This document shows, piece after piece, positions 28,018-39,686 of a stretch of DNA of 64,000 nucleotides. The stretch spans positions 160,001 to 224,000 of the forward strand of contig CBDBFU010000002.1 in assembly GCA_965205025.1 (NCBI GenBank), given 5' to 3'. The position numbers and the translations under genes are program-made. This stretch comes from Candidatus Poribacteria bacterium (GTDB taxonomy: Bacteria; Poribacteria; WGA-4E; WGA-3G). Under the pieces are notes generated by a model. That model was not told where the DNA came from. It saw only the letters and a list, made by a program, of their open reading frames with translations, and made no database searches. The stretch's first letter is position 1. Each line of letters starts with the position of its first letter.

Positions 28018-29404
28018 CTTTCTTACGAATCACGGCAACATTGAAGATAGGTCGCTCATATCCATGTGCGGGTCTATTGACAATTTCCCCTAATGCCCAT
28101 AATGCTGAGGAACTCCCTCCATCAAAGTTTATAGCGTTTTTAACACCTATGTCGTTGAAAAAATCAGCCATTTCGTATAGTGTCATTCCCATACTATACC
28201 CGTGCTGTCTACCATCAACAACAATTAGGAATAGTTTTTCATCGTTGTACCCTAATGCACTCCTTGGATGTCGTTGTGTCCCGTTATGATGTCCGATTGC
28301 GCTGCTACCTCTGGTACGGTTAAACCGCACAAGTTCTGGTTCAATTCTTCCATTTCTCAATAGACGTAGATTACCACCAATACCTTCGTTGACATTCTGC
28401 CACTTCTGAGGGGTAAGTGCAATTTCTAATTCTCCTTTTGTAAATTCGGTAATCTTCCTATACCAACTTCTTGATAAGCGTGGTTCAATTGCCAAAACGA
28501 CACCATCAGATGGAATAACACTGTTCCCTCTTGGATTTACATCTGTAACGACAAATTTACTCTTATACTTTCCAGTAATTGGAAGTGTCAGATTTTTGAG
28601 TGTAAATTCATAGCATCGTCGGGTCAGAGTTGATCTTCCAAAACGCGGTGTAAAAATGACTACCTGACAATACGAATCACAGATCTGGTTTATAGCGTCA
28701 ATCACAAGTGTATCATTACCAATGTGAAGGCTGCCGTTTAATTGAACTGCCTGCATGAGGAATTCACCATCTGGTGTAACCCCAAAACTTGTTTCCCCCC
28801 AAGGTGTCGGTGGTGAATACCCCCATCTATTTATCAATTTCGGAATACTGACAAGTTCCCCATTTTGTATATGGAGGTTAAAGATCATTCCTCCTCGTCC
28901 CCAGTTATCCTCGCGTATACCAAAACTTCCATTAACACCTGCTATAGATTGTATGCCTTTTCTTTTAAGTCGTCTTGTGGTACTGGATACTGTTTCACGC
29001 CTGAGTATTTGTCCATTAGCAAGTCCTACATCAAATTTCAGATTTTTAGCTTTACGGTCCATTTCAGCTACATAAACAGCTGCACCACCACGCCACCAAT
29101 AGCGATAAAGATGAAAACCATCAGGGCTTCGTCTTGTAGTAAGTGTTTCTTTACGTCTTACAGAGTTTGGACTCTTTTCGTTAGTTTCAGCAATAAGTTG
29201 TGGATTAGGTAAAGGCTGTGTGTTAGTTTTCCTTACCTCAACGGTGCGTGTTGAAGTAAGTTTCCTTCTCTTCTCAATCACCCGCATAGCATTTACGACA
29301 AGAATAAAGAGCAAGAGCAGTCCGCATATAGCAATCAGTTTAGGTAAAGGATTTCGGTGTCTATTTTCAGGGTGCATATTATTGTCCAAATTTAACGGTA
29401 TCAT
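28010..29404 (-). CDS. Phosphodiester glycosidase (NAGPA) family protein
   Basis: N-terminal TM, AGVNGSF, RHPRSALG, VVDGRQ, AINFDGGSS. Confidence 0.85.
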   Translation of the reverse strand: MIPLNLDNNMHPENRHRNPLPKLIAICGLLLLFILVVNAMRVIEKRRKLTSTRTVEVRKTNTQPLPNPQLIAETNEKSPNSVRRKETLTTRRSPDGFHLYRYWWRGGAAVYVAEMDRKAKNLKFDVGLANGQILRRETVSSTTRRLKRKGIQSIAGVNGSFGIREDNWGRGGMIFNLHIQNGELVSIPKLINRWGYSPPTPWGETSFGVTPDGEFLMQAVQLNGSLHIGNDTLVIDAINQICDSYCQVVIFTPRFGRSTLTRRCYEFTLKNLTLPITGKYKSKFVVTDVNPRGNSVIPSDGVVLAIEPRLSRSWYRKITEFTKGELEIALTPQKWQNVNEGIGGNLRLLRNGRIEPELVRFNRTRGSSAIGHHNGTQRHPRSALGYNDEKLFLIVVDGRQHGYSMGMTLYEMADFFNDIGVKNAINFDGGSSSALWALGEIVNRPAHGYERPIFNVAVIRKKDE

Positions 29405-29592
29405 ACTATTTTATTTGAGATAGGCTAATACCAACCTAAAGATAAAGGATTCGGAGAGTTAATTATTTCGTAGTATCGTATTATCATTTATCACATTATA
29501 ACTGATCTATACGTATATTGCAAAGGATTTAAGGGGTATGGACAGATAGTATGTATTTAATAGTAATTCAGGAAGGGAAGTCGGTGGGCAAA

Positions 29593-29880
29593 CTACTCAG
29601 TTGGTGCTGGTTTAGTGACCTTGATTTTTATTTCACCAGGTTTTACATAACCAAACCTTTTTCTAACAAGGCGTTCTTTTGTAAGGGTGTCATTCTTCAA
29701 CAATTCGACGCGTTTTTTTAGTTGATCTCGTCTATTTTCCAGCCTTAGAATTTCCTTTTGAAAATCCGCTTCGAGTCTTTGTGCATCTTGCCATGCTCTA
29801 TAACCGTTCATAAATTGTCGGACGCTAACAACGAGTAAAGCCAATGCGACAATAAGTAGAATTACTCGAAAAATACGCAT
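29593..29880 (-). CDS. ftsB: Septum formation initiator FtsB/DivIC
   Basis: TM helix, coiled coil, ERLVRKRFGYVKPGE; directly downstream of eno. Confidence 0.8.
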   Translation of the reverse strand: MRIFRVILLIVALALLVVSVRQFMNGYRAWQDAQRLEADFQKEILRLENRRDQLKKRVELLKNDTLTKERLVRKRFGYVKPGEIKIKVTKPAPTE

Positions 29881-29939
29881 AAGAATACCATTACAAGACA
29901 TTGGGACAGTATATGACTGTCCCAATGTTTATCTGTAAG

Positions 29940-31288
<1,349 letters not shown>

Positions 31289-31329
31289 TTATCAGAATCA
31301 ATTATCTCACTCTGATATTTCAACCCCAA

Positions 31330-32022
31330 CTATTCCTCTATAACAGCATCTGCAAGCAAGTATGCGGATGCCAAAAAAAGTAGGCTTGAACCTATTAACA
31401 TATACAACCATAGTCTGTCTTCTAATCCACCGGTCACCAAAATAGAGACTGTGCATTTTGTGCCGCTCATAATGATTGGAATTACAAGAGGGAGAAGAAG
31501 GACAGAAAGTAGACTTTCACCTCCGGTTGTGCTTGTTGATATGCCTGCCAACAACACACCGACAGAACAAAATCCCAGTGTTCCTATAATGAGTATCCCA
31601 AATAGTTTCAGTAAAATCTCAATCGTGACAACATCAAATATATCTAATAACTGCAAGGCAATAGGTGTAATCACAATTTCTAATAGAAATAGGAAAATCA
31701 CACTACTGATAACTTTGGAAAGGTACAGACTTCCAGCATCAACACCCGTAAGACGAATTCCGTGTAATGCCCCATGTGCTCTTTCTAATGTAAATGAACG
31801 ATTTAGTGTAATAATCCCGGCAAATACAAATGCTGCCCAGAGCACACTCGCTGTTAATTTTCCACGTTCTATTTTATCCGGAAATATAGGACCAAATGCA
31901 AAAGCGAAAATTAGAACGACTAATACACTAAAAACAAAGATTAATGCCAGTGTCTCCTTAGAGCCTAATTGGAGTCTGAGATCTTTCCGAATCAACGCGG
32001 TAATTTGACGTAGTGCCTTCAT
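31330..32022 (-). CDS. ccmB: Heme exporter permease CcmB
   Basis: KDLRL, RSFTLE..G.L, LLLPLVIP; multi-TM; downstream of ccmA. Confidence 0.88.
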   Translation of the reverse strand: MKALRQITALIRKDLRLQLGSKETLALIFVFSVLVVLIFAFAFGPIFPDKIERGKLTASVLWAAFVFAGIITLNRSFTLERAHGALHGIRLTGVDAGSLYLSKVISSVIFLFLLEIVITPIALQLLDIFDVVTIEILLKLFGILIIGTLGFCSVGVLLAGISTSTTGGESLLSVLLLPLVIPIIMSGTKCTVSILVTGGLEDRLWLYMLIGSSLLFLASAYLLADAVIEE

Positions 32023-32059
32023 ACTTATCTCAATTTAATAAACTCACCTACAACCGCTT

Positions 32060-32767
32060 TTAAACAGTATGTGTCATCCTCTCTTCATACATCTTCTGTA
32101 ATGCTTCTTGTTCTATTTCATCTTTATGTGCTATTTCTTCTACTTCCCCATTGATCATAAAGAAAAATTTCGTTCCTACAAGGCACCCCAATTCAATATT
32201 GTGTGTTGTAACAACAAGGCTTTTATCGTTTTGCTGTTCTTGGGAAATTCGATCAATGACAAATTGTTTAGCAGAAGCATCAAGTCCAGAAAAAGGTTCA
32301 TCCAGTAACAAAATTGAAGGGTGGTTAAGGAGAGCTTTGGCAATCATAAACCGTTGTGTCATACCACGTGAAAAGGTATGAATAGGATCATGCATAAAAC
32401 GATTCAATCCGACTTCATTTAATAGTGTCTTACAACGGGTTTCTAAATCTTCAACATCATACATCTGTCCAAAAAACTTAAGGTTTTCATAGGGGGTTAG
32501 GACAGGATAAGCCAATTGCTCATGTACAATAACACCTAATGTGTTCCGCACTTGTAAATAATCTACGATAGCATCAATGTTTTCGATCTTGAGTTTCCCT
32601 GATGTAGGGCGAAGAAGAGTTGACAGAATCTTGATAAGTGTAGTTTTACCAGCACCGTTTGGACCGAAAATTGCTACAACTTCTCCAGGATTAATGGAAA
32701 GTGTGACATCCTTAATAATTGTTCGGTGTCCAATATTTTTTGTGATTTGCGAAGTTTCCAACCGCAT
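32060..32767 (-). CDS. ccmA: Heme ABC exporter ATP-binding protein CcmA
   Basis: GPNGAGKTT, FSRGMTQR, LLLDEPFSGLD; adjacent to ccmB. Confidence 0.85.
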   Translation of the reverse strand: MRLETSQITKNIGHRTIIKDVTLSINPGEVVAIFGPNGAGKTTLIKILSTLLRPTSGKLKIENIDAIVDYLQVRNTLGVIVHEQLAYPVLTPYENLKFFGQMYDVEDLETRCKTLLNEVGLNRFMHDPIHTFSRGMTQRFMIAKALLNHPSILLLDEPFSGLDASAKQFVIDRISQEQQNDKSLVVTTHNIELGCLVGTKFFFMINGEVEEIAHKDEIEQEALQKMYEERMTHTV

Positions 32768-32801
32768 AATACATAATGGTTTCGGAGTTCCAAGTGTCTA
32801 C

Positions 32802-32837
32802 AAAAAGAAAGGGCAGGTTTGGATACCTGCCCTTTCT
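32802..32837 (-). terminator. Intrinsic terminator after korB
   Basis: Minus strand AGAAAGGGCAGGT-ATCCAA-ACCTGCCCTTTCT-TTTT, 11 nt after the korB stop. Confidence 0.75.
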
Positions 32838-32848
32838 ATAAATTGATT

Positions 32849-33739
32849 TTACATCATTCGTTGGATAATCGCTGAACCTTGTTCAGGTGTAACACCTATA
32901 GTCTGATGTGCCATAGGACCATTTTCCAATACCGGTTCAGATTGATCCAATGACGGACGACTTGTGTCATGGTAGAATAACCCAATTTGGGTATCATGTC
33001 CAGACTTGACTGCTTGTTCAAGTGCAGCCGTTTTGTCGCTTGTATCATGGTTCTCAAGGATATTGACTCGTTCTTTCCAAAAATCATAGATTTCATCATC
33101 CTTCCATGTCACACAAGGACTAATAACATCAATAAAAGCGAAACCTTTATGCTGCATTCCTTCGTACATCAATTCTGCAAGTTGTGCACGTTCAGAACTG
33201 AAACCTCTCGCAACATAAGTAGCACCTGCAACAATTGCCATTGCTACAGGATTAAGGGGTGTTTCTAAATTACCAAATGGTGTACTTTTTGTTCTTTCAC
33301 CTACAACTGTAGTAGGAGACGCTTGTCCAACGGTTAAACCGTAAGTCTCATTGTTCATCACAATGTATAGAAGGTCGATGTTTTTTCGCATGGTATGAAT
33401 AAAATGGTTACCACCAATACCGTATCCATCACCATCTCCACCTGTGACAACTACATTCATCTCATGATTACCAAGTTTGGATCCCGTAGCCACTGCAAGA
33501 GATCTACCGTGCAGCGTATGCATTCCATAAGTCTTGATAAAACCGGGAAGATTAGAGGAACAGCCAATGCCACTGACAGTCAGATGATCATGATTGCCAT
33601 TTCCTGTTTTGGCATAAGCCATTTGTAGGGCACTAAGCACACCAAAATCACCACAACCGGGACACCAATCGGGATTAACATCACCTTTAAAATCTTTTGC
33701 TGTAGGAGCACCTTTAATTGGTCTTTCTTTTTTTGCCAT
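32849..33739 (-). CDS. korB: 2-oxoacid:ferredoxin oxidoreductase beta subunit (copy 2)
   Basis: WCPGCGDF, SGIGCS, HTLHGR, GDGD TPP motif, SPCVT. Confidence 0.93.
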   Translation of the reverse strand: MAKKERPIKGAPTAKDFKGDVNPDWCPGCGDFGVLSALQMAYAKTGNGNHDHLTVSGIGCSSNLPGFIKTYGMHTLHGRSLAVATGSKLGNHEMNVVVTGGDGDGYGIGGNHFIHTMRKNIDLLYIVMNNETYGLTVGQASPTTVVGERTKSTPFGNLETPLNPVAMAIVAGATYVARGFSSERAQLAELMYEGMQHKGFAFIDVISPCVTWKDDEIYDFWKERVNILENHDTSDKTAALEQAVKSGHDTQIGLFYHDTSRPSLDQSEPVLENGPMAHQTIGVTPEQGSAIIQRMM

Positions 33740-33760
33740 CTGGTTAGTCCTTCTTTTAAA

Positions 33761-34651
33761 CTACATCATTCGTTGGATGATTGCTGAAGCTTGTTCAGGT
33801 GTAACCCCTATAGTCTGATGTGCCATAGGTCCATTTTCCAATACTGGTTCAGATTGATCCAATGACGGACGACTTGTGTCATGGTAGAATAATCCAATTT
33901 GGGTATCATGCCCAGTCTTGACGGCTTGTTCAAGTGCAGCTGTTTTGTCGCTTGTATCATGGTTCTCAAGGATATTGACTCGTTCTTTCCAAAAATCATA
34001 GATTTCATCATCCTTCCAGGTTACACAAGGACTAATGACGTCAATAAAGGCGAAACCTTTATGCTGCATTCCTTCATACATCAATTCTACAAGTTGCGCT
34101 CGCTCAGAACTAAAACCTCTCGCAACATAAGTAGCACCCGCAACAATTGCCATCGCTACAGGATTAAGGGGTGTTTCTAAATTACCAAACGGTGTACTTT
34201 TTGTCTTTTCGCCTACAACAGTAGTAGGAGATGCTTGTCCAATGGTTAAACCGTAAGTCTCATTGTTCATCACGATGTAAAGGAGATCAATATTTTTACG
34301 CATGGTATGAATAAAATGATTCCCACCAATACCGTATCCATCGCCATCACCACCTGTGACAACAACATTCAACTCATGATTACCAAGTTTAGCCCCCGTA
34401 GCCACTGCAAGAGATCTACCATGCAAGGTATGCATTCCATAAGTATTGATAAACCCGGGAAGGTTTGAGGAACATCCAATTCCACTGACAGTCAGATGAT
34501 CATGACTGCCATTTCCTGTTTTGGCATAGGCTATTTGTAGGGCACTAAGCACAGTAAAATCACCACAACCGGGACACCAATCGGGATGAACATCACCTTT
34601 AAAATCTTTCGCTGTAGGAACACCTTTAATAGGTCTTTCTTTTTTTGCCAT
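33761..34651 (-). CDS. korB: 2-oxoacid:ferredoxin oxidoreductase beta subunit (copy 1)
   Basis: Same motifs; about 13 substitutions in 296 aa versus copy 2. Confidence 0.93.
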   Translation of the reverse strand: MAKKERPIKGVPTAKDFKGDVHPDWCPGCGDFTVLSALQIAYAKTGNGSHDHLTVSGIGCSSNLPGFINTYGMHTLHGRSLAVATGAKLGNHELNVVVTGGDGDGYGIGGNHFIHTMRKNIDLLYIVMNNETYGLTIGQASPTTVVGEKTKSTPFGNLETPLNPVAMAIVAGATYVARGFSSERAQLVELMYEGMQHKGFAFIDVISPCVTWKDDEIYDFWKERVNILENHDTSDKTAALEQAVKTGHDTQIGLFYHDTSRPSLDQSEPVLENGPMAHQTIGVTPEQASAIIQRMM

Positions 34652-34666
34652 TTGGTTAGTCCTCCT

Positions 34667-36460
34667 TTAAACTACAATTTCTTGATATGGGACATATAGG
34701 TCTGTCTTACCTTGTAGAAGTTCACGGGCACCATCTGCTATGTGGTGTGGCATGAACGGTTCACCATCGTATTTACGAATATGTCCATCCGCCTTAAATC
34801 CTGTTTCACCCCGTAAAAACCGTGCAAATTGTCCTGTGTAATTACATTCAACAATAACAGGATTTGTTGATTTTTCAAGTACGGCATTAACCGCATCCTC
34901 ATCGATCGGATAGAGCCATTTGAAATGTATATGGTTGGCAGTAGTTCCAGACTCTGTCAATAACTGTACTGCTTCATTGATAACACCTTTTGTGGACCCC
35001 CAGCCAATGAGTGTAATCTCAGCGTCTTCAGGTCCTTCAAGAATTGGTGGAGGAAGAAGTTTAACAATACCATCCATTTTCCGTTGACGTTTTTCCATGA
35101 TATCACGCCGTTTATGCGGGTTTGTAAATTCATCGCTAATAAGTCCACCGTCTTCATCGTGATCATCAGTAGCGACTACATGGACATGTCCGGGTGTACC
35201 CGGAATAGCCCGTGGGGATACTCCACTGTCAGTAATCTTGTAACGTAGGTATTCTCCATCTGTCTGCCCAAGTTCAGTTATATACTCGCCTCGGTCAATT
35301 TCTGGTTGCCAATTGATAGTCTCTGGATCAAACGTTGTAAATCCCATAGAGAGTGTAAGATCCGAAAGCACCATCCCTGGACATTGGAATTTATCTACGA
35401 GATTGAAGATTTCTGGCATGGTGTGAAAACCATCCATGATACTGGTAGGAGCGACAATTATCTTTGGAAAATCACCTTGACTTGCGCCGAGGAGTTGCCA
35501 CAAATCCCCTTGTTCTGTTTTCGTAGGCAATCCTGTTGATGGACCACCCCGCTGGACGTTGATGACGACCATCGGTATTTCCATCATGGCAGCACTACCA
35601 ATAGCTTCTGACATAAGGGCAAATCCACCACCAGAAGTAGCACACATAGCACGACATCCAGCATGTGCAGCCCCAATCACCATGTTTATCACACTGATTT
35701 CATCTTCACATTGTCGAACCATAATGTTCAGATTCCGCGCATTCGCTGCCATCCAATGTAGTACACCTGTTGATGGACTCATCGGGTAAGCAGAATAAAA
35801 CTTTACGCCGGCTGCAGCACCCCCCATTGCCATTGCTGAATTCCCATCAACAAACGCAAGTGCGGGTTCCTGTTTCTCAAATTGATCGTCAAATTCTGTG
35901 AAATGTTCAGCAGCGTGTTCGTATCCTGCGGTTGCCACAATCATATTGGCATCAACGACTTCCTGACCTTTACGTTTGAGAAGTGCATTAATGATGATCT
36001 CCTCAAGCACGTTTAAATCTGCACCTACCATATTCATGGCAGTAGCGAGTAAACACGTATTCAGACAGGTTTTTTGTAATTTTCTATCTTCAATTCCGCT
36101 GGAGAACTTTTTATATGGAATACCACATAATTGAATGTCGTCTCGTTCTGGTTCTTGCTTTACATCATCACTATTATAAATGAATGCTCCACCGGGTTTG
36201 ACGTGTGGTACATGTTTTTCTATGCTGTGTCGATCAAGGGCAATAATAAGGTCAATCTCATCGCCGTGGTTTTCGACCGGTTCAGAACTGATTCTGATGG
36301 TAAGGAAGGTATGACCGCCGCGGATAAGGGATTGATATGCACTATATGTATAAACATAAAGACCGTACCGTGCACATATTTGTCCCAGACTTTTCCCAAG
36401 TGTTTCTATACCTTGTCCGGGTGCCCCTCCTACAGCGACTACAAAATCGTACTTTGCCAT
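34667..36460 (-). CDS. korA: 2-oxoacid:ferredoxin oxidoreductase alpha subunit
   Basis: GGAPGQGI, IRGGH, YPMSP, QCEDEI, ATSGGGF, QRGGPSTGLPTKTEQGD. Confidence 0.93.
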   Translation of the reverse strand: MAKYDFVVAVGGAPGQGIETLGKSLGQICARYGLYVYTYSAYQSLIRGGHTFLTIRISSEPVENHGDEIDLIIALDRHSIEKHVPHVKPGGAFIYNSDDVKQEPERDDIQLCGIPYKKFSSGIEDRKLQKTCLNTCLLATAMNMVGADLNVLEEIIINALLKRKGQEVVDANMIVATAGYEHAAEHFTEFDDQFEKQEPALAFVDGNSAMAMGGAAAGVKFYSAYPMSPSTGVLHWMAANARNLNIMVRQCEDEISVINMVIGAAHAGCRAMCATSGGGFALMSEAIGSAAMMEIPMVVINVQRGGPSTGLPTKTEQGDLWQLLGASQGDFPKIIVAPTSIMDGFHTMPEIFNLVDKFQCPGMVLSDLTLSMGFTTFDPETINWQPEIDRGEYITELGQTDGEYLRYKITDSGVSPRAIPGTPGHVHVVATDDHDEDGGLISDEFTNPHKRRDIMEKRQRKMDGIVKLLPPPILEGPEDAEITLIGWGSTKGVINEAVQLLTESGTTANHIHFKWLYPIDEDAVNAVLEKSTNPVIVECNYTGQFARFLRGETGFKADGHIRKYDGEPFMPHHIADGARELLQGKTDLYVPYQEIVV

Positions 36461-36876
36461 CTTAGCTCCTTTCAGGTTGTAACATAAATGTTTGTTGGTT
36501 TGATACTTTTCTCAATTCCCACAGTTCGTGAAATAATATATATTTCGTAATAATCCATATTAATGATTAATGACTTTTTCTAATTATACCATAATTTGAG
36601 GTGTATTTACAAGTTTTATTTTACACAATACCGACTTATCATAATGTTATAGCATTGGCAAATTAACCGACTAATTACCTCAATAACCAAGTATCATGGT
36701 TCAGAAACTCGACATAATAGGTTGACTTTGTTACATGTAAATTCATTGTCTGAGAATTACCATGTGTAATAAGAGTTTGATGATACAGGATGAGTATTAT
36801 ACAGACAATACCAATACTTACTGCTTTTAGAATTCAGAGATTTCATCAATAAAATGGGTAGGAAAGTAGCATACTA

Positions 36877-37485
36877 TTACAACAATGCTCTAAGTGCTTC
36901 GTGTGCTTCAGGGGTGCCAATTTTTTCTAAGGCAAATGCTACATGATGCTTAACACGATCAGAATCATCATCAAATGCTTTAACGAGTGCAGGTATAGCC
37001 TCTGAGGCATCTTCTCCAAAGTTAGCCAGAGCATAAGCAGAATAGGTCCGCACCTCATCAGCAGGATCATCCAATGCTTCAATCAAGGCAGGGATTGCAC
37101 CTTTTGCTGTGTCTCCCATTGAATTCAAGGCACGTACTGCATATTCACGAAGATCTTCATTTAGTTTATTAGATAAGGCATTAACTAAAACAGGGATTGC
37201 CAGTTCACCCATACGACTAAGTGTACTGCTAATAGCAAGAGCATGGTGTCTTTCAGATATCTCCATCTCATCCATCAGGACAGGAATAACAGGTTCCCCT
37301 ATTGCTGCCAATACATCAGCAGCATGTTCAACAACATCGTATAAGTTGTGAGCAAGTGTCTCAATTAGTTGCGTTACAGCTGCATCACCAATTTCAATTA
37401 ATTCTGTTTTCGCTTCATTGATAACATCATCATCTAATTCTGTTAAATCTTCAATCAACTCAGCGATTCTCTCTTCACTGCTCAT
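36877..37485 (-). CDS. HEAT/PBS-lyase repeat protein
   Basis: Repeated AIPALIEALDD..EVR..A..AL units. Confidence 0.88.
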   Translation of the reverse strand: MSSEERIAELIEDLTELDDDVINEAKTELIEIGDAAVTQLIETLAHNLYDVVEHAADVLAAIGEPVIPVLMDEMEISERHHALAISSTLSRMGELAIPVLVNALSNKLNEDLREYAVRALNSMGDTAKGAIPALIEALDDPADEVRTYSAYALANFGEDASEAIPALVKAFDDDSDRVKHHVAFALEKIGTPEAHEALRALL

Positions 37486-37531
37486 TATAAATATATCCCC
37501 TTAATATATTCTATTTGCAGGATAATGCCTC

Positions 37532-38764
37532 TTATTTATCTAAACCCCGTTCTGTACGTTGATCAAGAATCTCAGTGAGACGCTCCGTCTGTTCCCGTCT
37601 GAATCTGTTGTAGATCCTTTCAGATATAACGTTTTTTTCATGTAACTCGTCAAGAATAGTGATAAATTCAAGTCGTGCCGTTCTTGCATACTCAATGTCA
37701 TCATTGTTGAGTTTACGTAACCAACCTACCTCATGTTGTAAAGTCTCAGAACCATCAGAATCAGAAGAAGTCCGCCGTGTACTGCGTAACATGAAAACCG
37801 CAGCAACCAGGAAACCCCCAGTTAAGGCAGAGGCAATCGCTATAAACACCAACTGTCCAATATTTTCTTTTGGGATTCCCAATCTTAAATCCACCTTATC
37901 TCCTTCAAGAAAGTTGGTGTTAGGTTTTGTTCTATAGACATTGTATACTCTATTGTGAATTGGTTCACTCTTTGCTCTTAGAAAGTGTTTTGATATAGGT
38001 GCTAAGTTTATACCCTCAACAACTAATAAAGAAACTTGATCAATCTGGAAAGGAACACGGCGAGAGAGATCAACTTTGTTATTGTGAACATGAGAAACGT
38101 ATGTGAACCCAACTTGAGTGGGTCCAGGTGGTATAGATTTAGGGAGAATAATATTATTGGTATTTGGATCTAACACTAAATCCGCAGGAGCATGAGGGTG
38201 AAATGCCTCAAAATCTCTTGGGAGTGTTGCATAAAACCCAACTTCTTTATTTCCATGCTTCATTTGAAAATGCAATTCACCACGATTTTCAACATCAAAT
38301 GCTTCAATAATTGAAATTGCACCATCTGGAGGGTGTCCCTCAGGTGGCGGTCCGATAACCAGAGTATAGGACTTTATATGAATTTTTGACGAATCATCAG
38401 TTTTACCACCTATATTCATATCCACAGTAACCGTAGGTACGAATGTGGATAGCATGATGTTTTTTTCTATTTGCTCTATCTCATTATAGGTTGTAGTAAT
38501 AGTATAATGTGTCGTAGCATCAATAGATAAACCCTCAAAACGATAAATACCTTCTTCGTCAGTCGTAGTATCCTGTTGTGTGATATCTTCACCTTTATGT
38601 ATACTCAGTGTAATGGTTTGATTAGCGATAGGGGTATTCAACTGTCTATCTATTAATTTCCCATGAATAACCCCCATCTCATCTTGTGAATAGATAGAAG
38701 ATATTAATAAGAATGTAGAAACTATAGTTAACAGAACACCAATATATATTTTAGAATGTATCAT
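37532..38764 (-). CDS. Membrane-anchored periplasmic protein with carboxypeptidase-regulatory-like beta domain, associated with ccm genes
   Basis: Signal peptide, TTTDEEGIYRFEGL beta-sandwich motif, C-terminal TM and helical tail. Confidence 0.65.
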   Translation of the reverse strand: MIHSKIYIGVLLTIVSTFLLISSIYSQDEMGVIHGKLIDRQLNTPIANQTITLSIHKGEDITQQDTTTDEEGIYRFEGLSIDATTHYTITTTYNEIEQIEKNIMLSTFVPTVTVDMNIGGKTDDSSKIHIKSYTLVIGPPPEGHPPDGAISIIEAFDVENRGELHFQMKHGNKEVGFYATLPRDFEAFHPHAPADLVLDPNTNNIILPKSIPPGPTQVGFTYVSHVHNNKVDLSRRVPFQIDQVSLLVVEGINLAPISKHFLRAKSEPIHNRVYNVYRTKPNTNFLEGDKVDLRLGIPKENIGQLVFIAIASALTGGFLVAAVFMLRSTRRTSSDSDGSETLQHEVGWLRKLNNDDIEYARTARLEFITILDELHEKNVISERIYNRFRREQTERLTEILDQRTERGLDK

Positions 38765-38816
38765 CTTACCCCAATTCTGATTTTACTCTTAACTATGTCT
38801 ATATCTGTACCTTAAC

Positions 38817-39152
38817 CTACTGCCCTCTTTCCCGTTTATACCTTTCAATTTCAGATTCCACATCAAGCTGAGCTGCCGCCTCAAGCTGACTTACAATTTG
38901 AGCAGTTTCCTGCAATAACGCAGCTCGTAATTCCTTATAATCTTCTTCAGATAGTTTACCCGATTCATAATCGTCATCAAGATCAGCCAAGGCAGAATAA
39001 CTCTGTTCACGTTCAATGGCAAGTGTCTGCATACGCACTTCTGCAGGACTAATTTCTGGGGAATGTTCCGAACCACGGAAAAGCGGATAAAAAAGGTACA
39101 CCAATAACATCACCCCAAGTATACCGATCCATAAAAGCAGTAAAAAACTCAT
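38817..39152 (-). CDS. CcmI N-terminal-like small membrane protein
   Basis: TM helix ending YPLFR, then LADLDDDYESGKLSEEDYKELR; follows ccmH. Confidence 0.65.
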   Translation of the reverse strand: MSFLLLLWIGILGVMLLVYLFYPLFRGSEHSPEISPAEVRMQTLAIEREQSYSALADLDDDYESGKLSEEDYKELRAALLQETAQIVSQLEAAAQLDVESEIERYKRERGQ

Positions 39153-39160
39153 ACCTACCT

Positions 39161-39673
39161 CTAATTCTGTTCTTTATATTTTTCAAGTTCCGATTCGAGT
39201 TTTTGCTGTAGTTCATCCGAAATCTGTTTGTCAGGAAGTGTTCGTATGACCTTATTACCGCTTGATTTAAGTCGAATAAACAGAATAACACCCCCGATTA
39301 CCAAGAGAATAACTGCTGGCATAACATACGCAATAAGATTCACACCTTTTGCAGGCATGACTGCCGAAAATTCAGGTCCCCATTTCTCAAGATAGTCTGT
39401 ACGTATTTGGTAAACAGGGTCACCTTCAAGTAATCGGTTTCGAAAATCAGCTTCTATATTTTGTGCTGTTACGCAAACACATGCTTGGATGGTTTCCCTC
39501 ACACATCCACAGTGACAGTAAACTGTGGTTAGAAGTTCATTTAATTGGGTATCAAATATCTCAGAATCTTCTGATTTCTCATCAGCCAAAACTGGATTAC
39601 CCACGACACACAAAACACCTGTCAGTATGACCAGATAAAGACACACAGTATTCCCTGAATTGAAGATTTTCAT
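39161..39673 (-). CDS. ccmH: Cytochrome c biogenesis protein CcmH
   Basis: Signal peptide, CHCGC...C.C, YLEKWGPEFSAVMP..G.NL, TM; follows ccmF. Start placed at MKIFN. Confidence 0.8.
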   Translation of the reverse strand: MKIFNSGNTVCLYLVILTGVLCVVGNPVLADEKSEDSEIFDTQLNELLTTVYCHCGCVRETIQACVCVTAQNIEADFRNRLLEGDPVYQIRTDYLEKWGPEFSAVMPAKGVNLIAYVMPAVILLVIGGVILFIRLKSSGNKVIRTLPDKQISDELQQKLESELEKYKEQN

Positions 39674-39686
39674 AGAATTCACCGAC

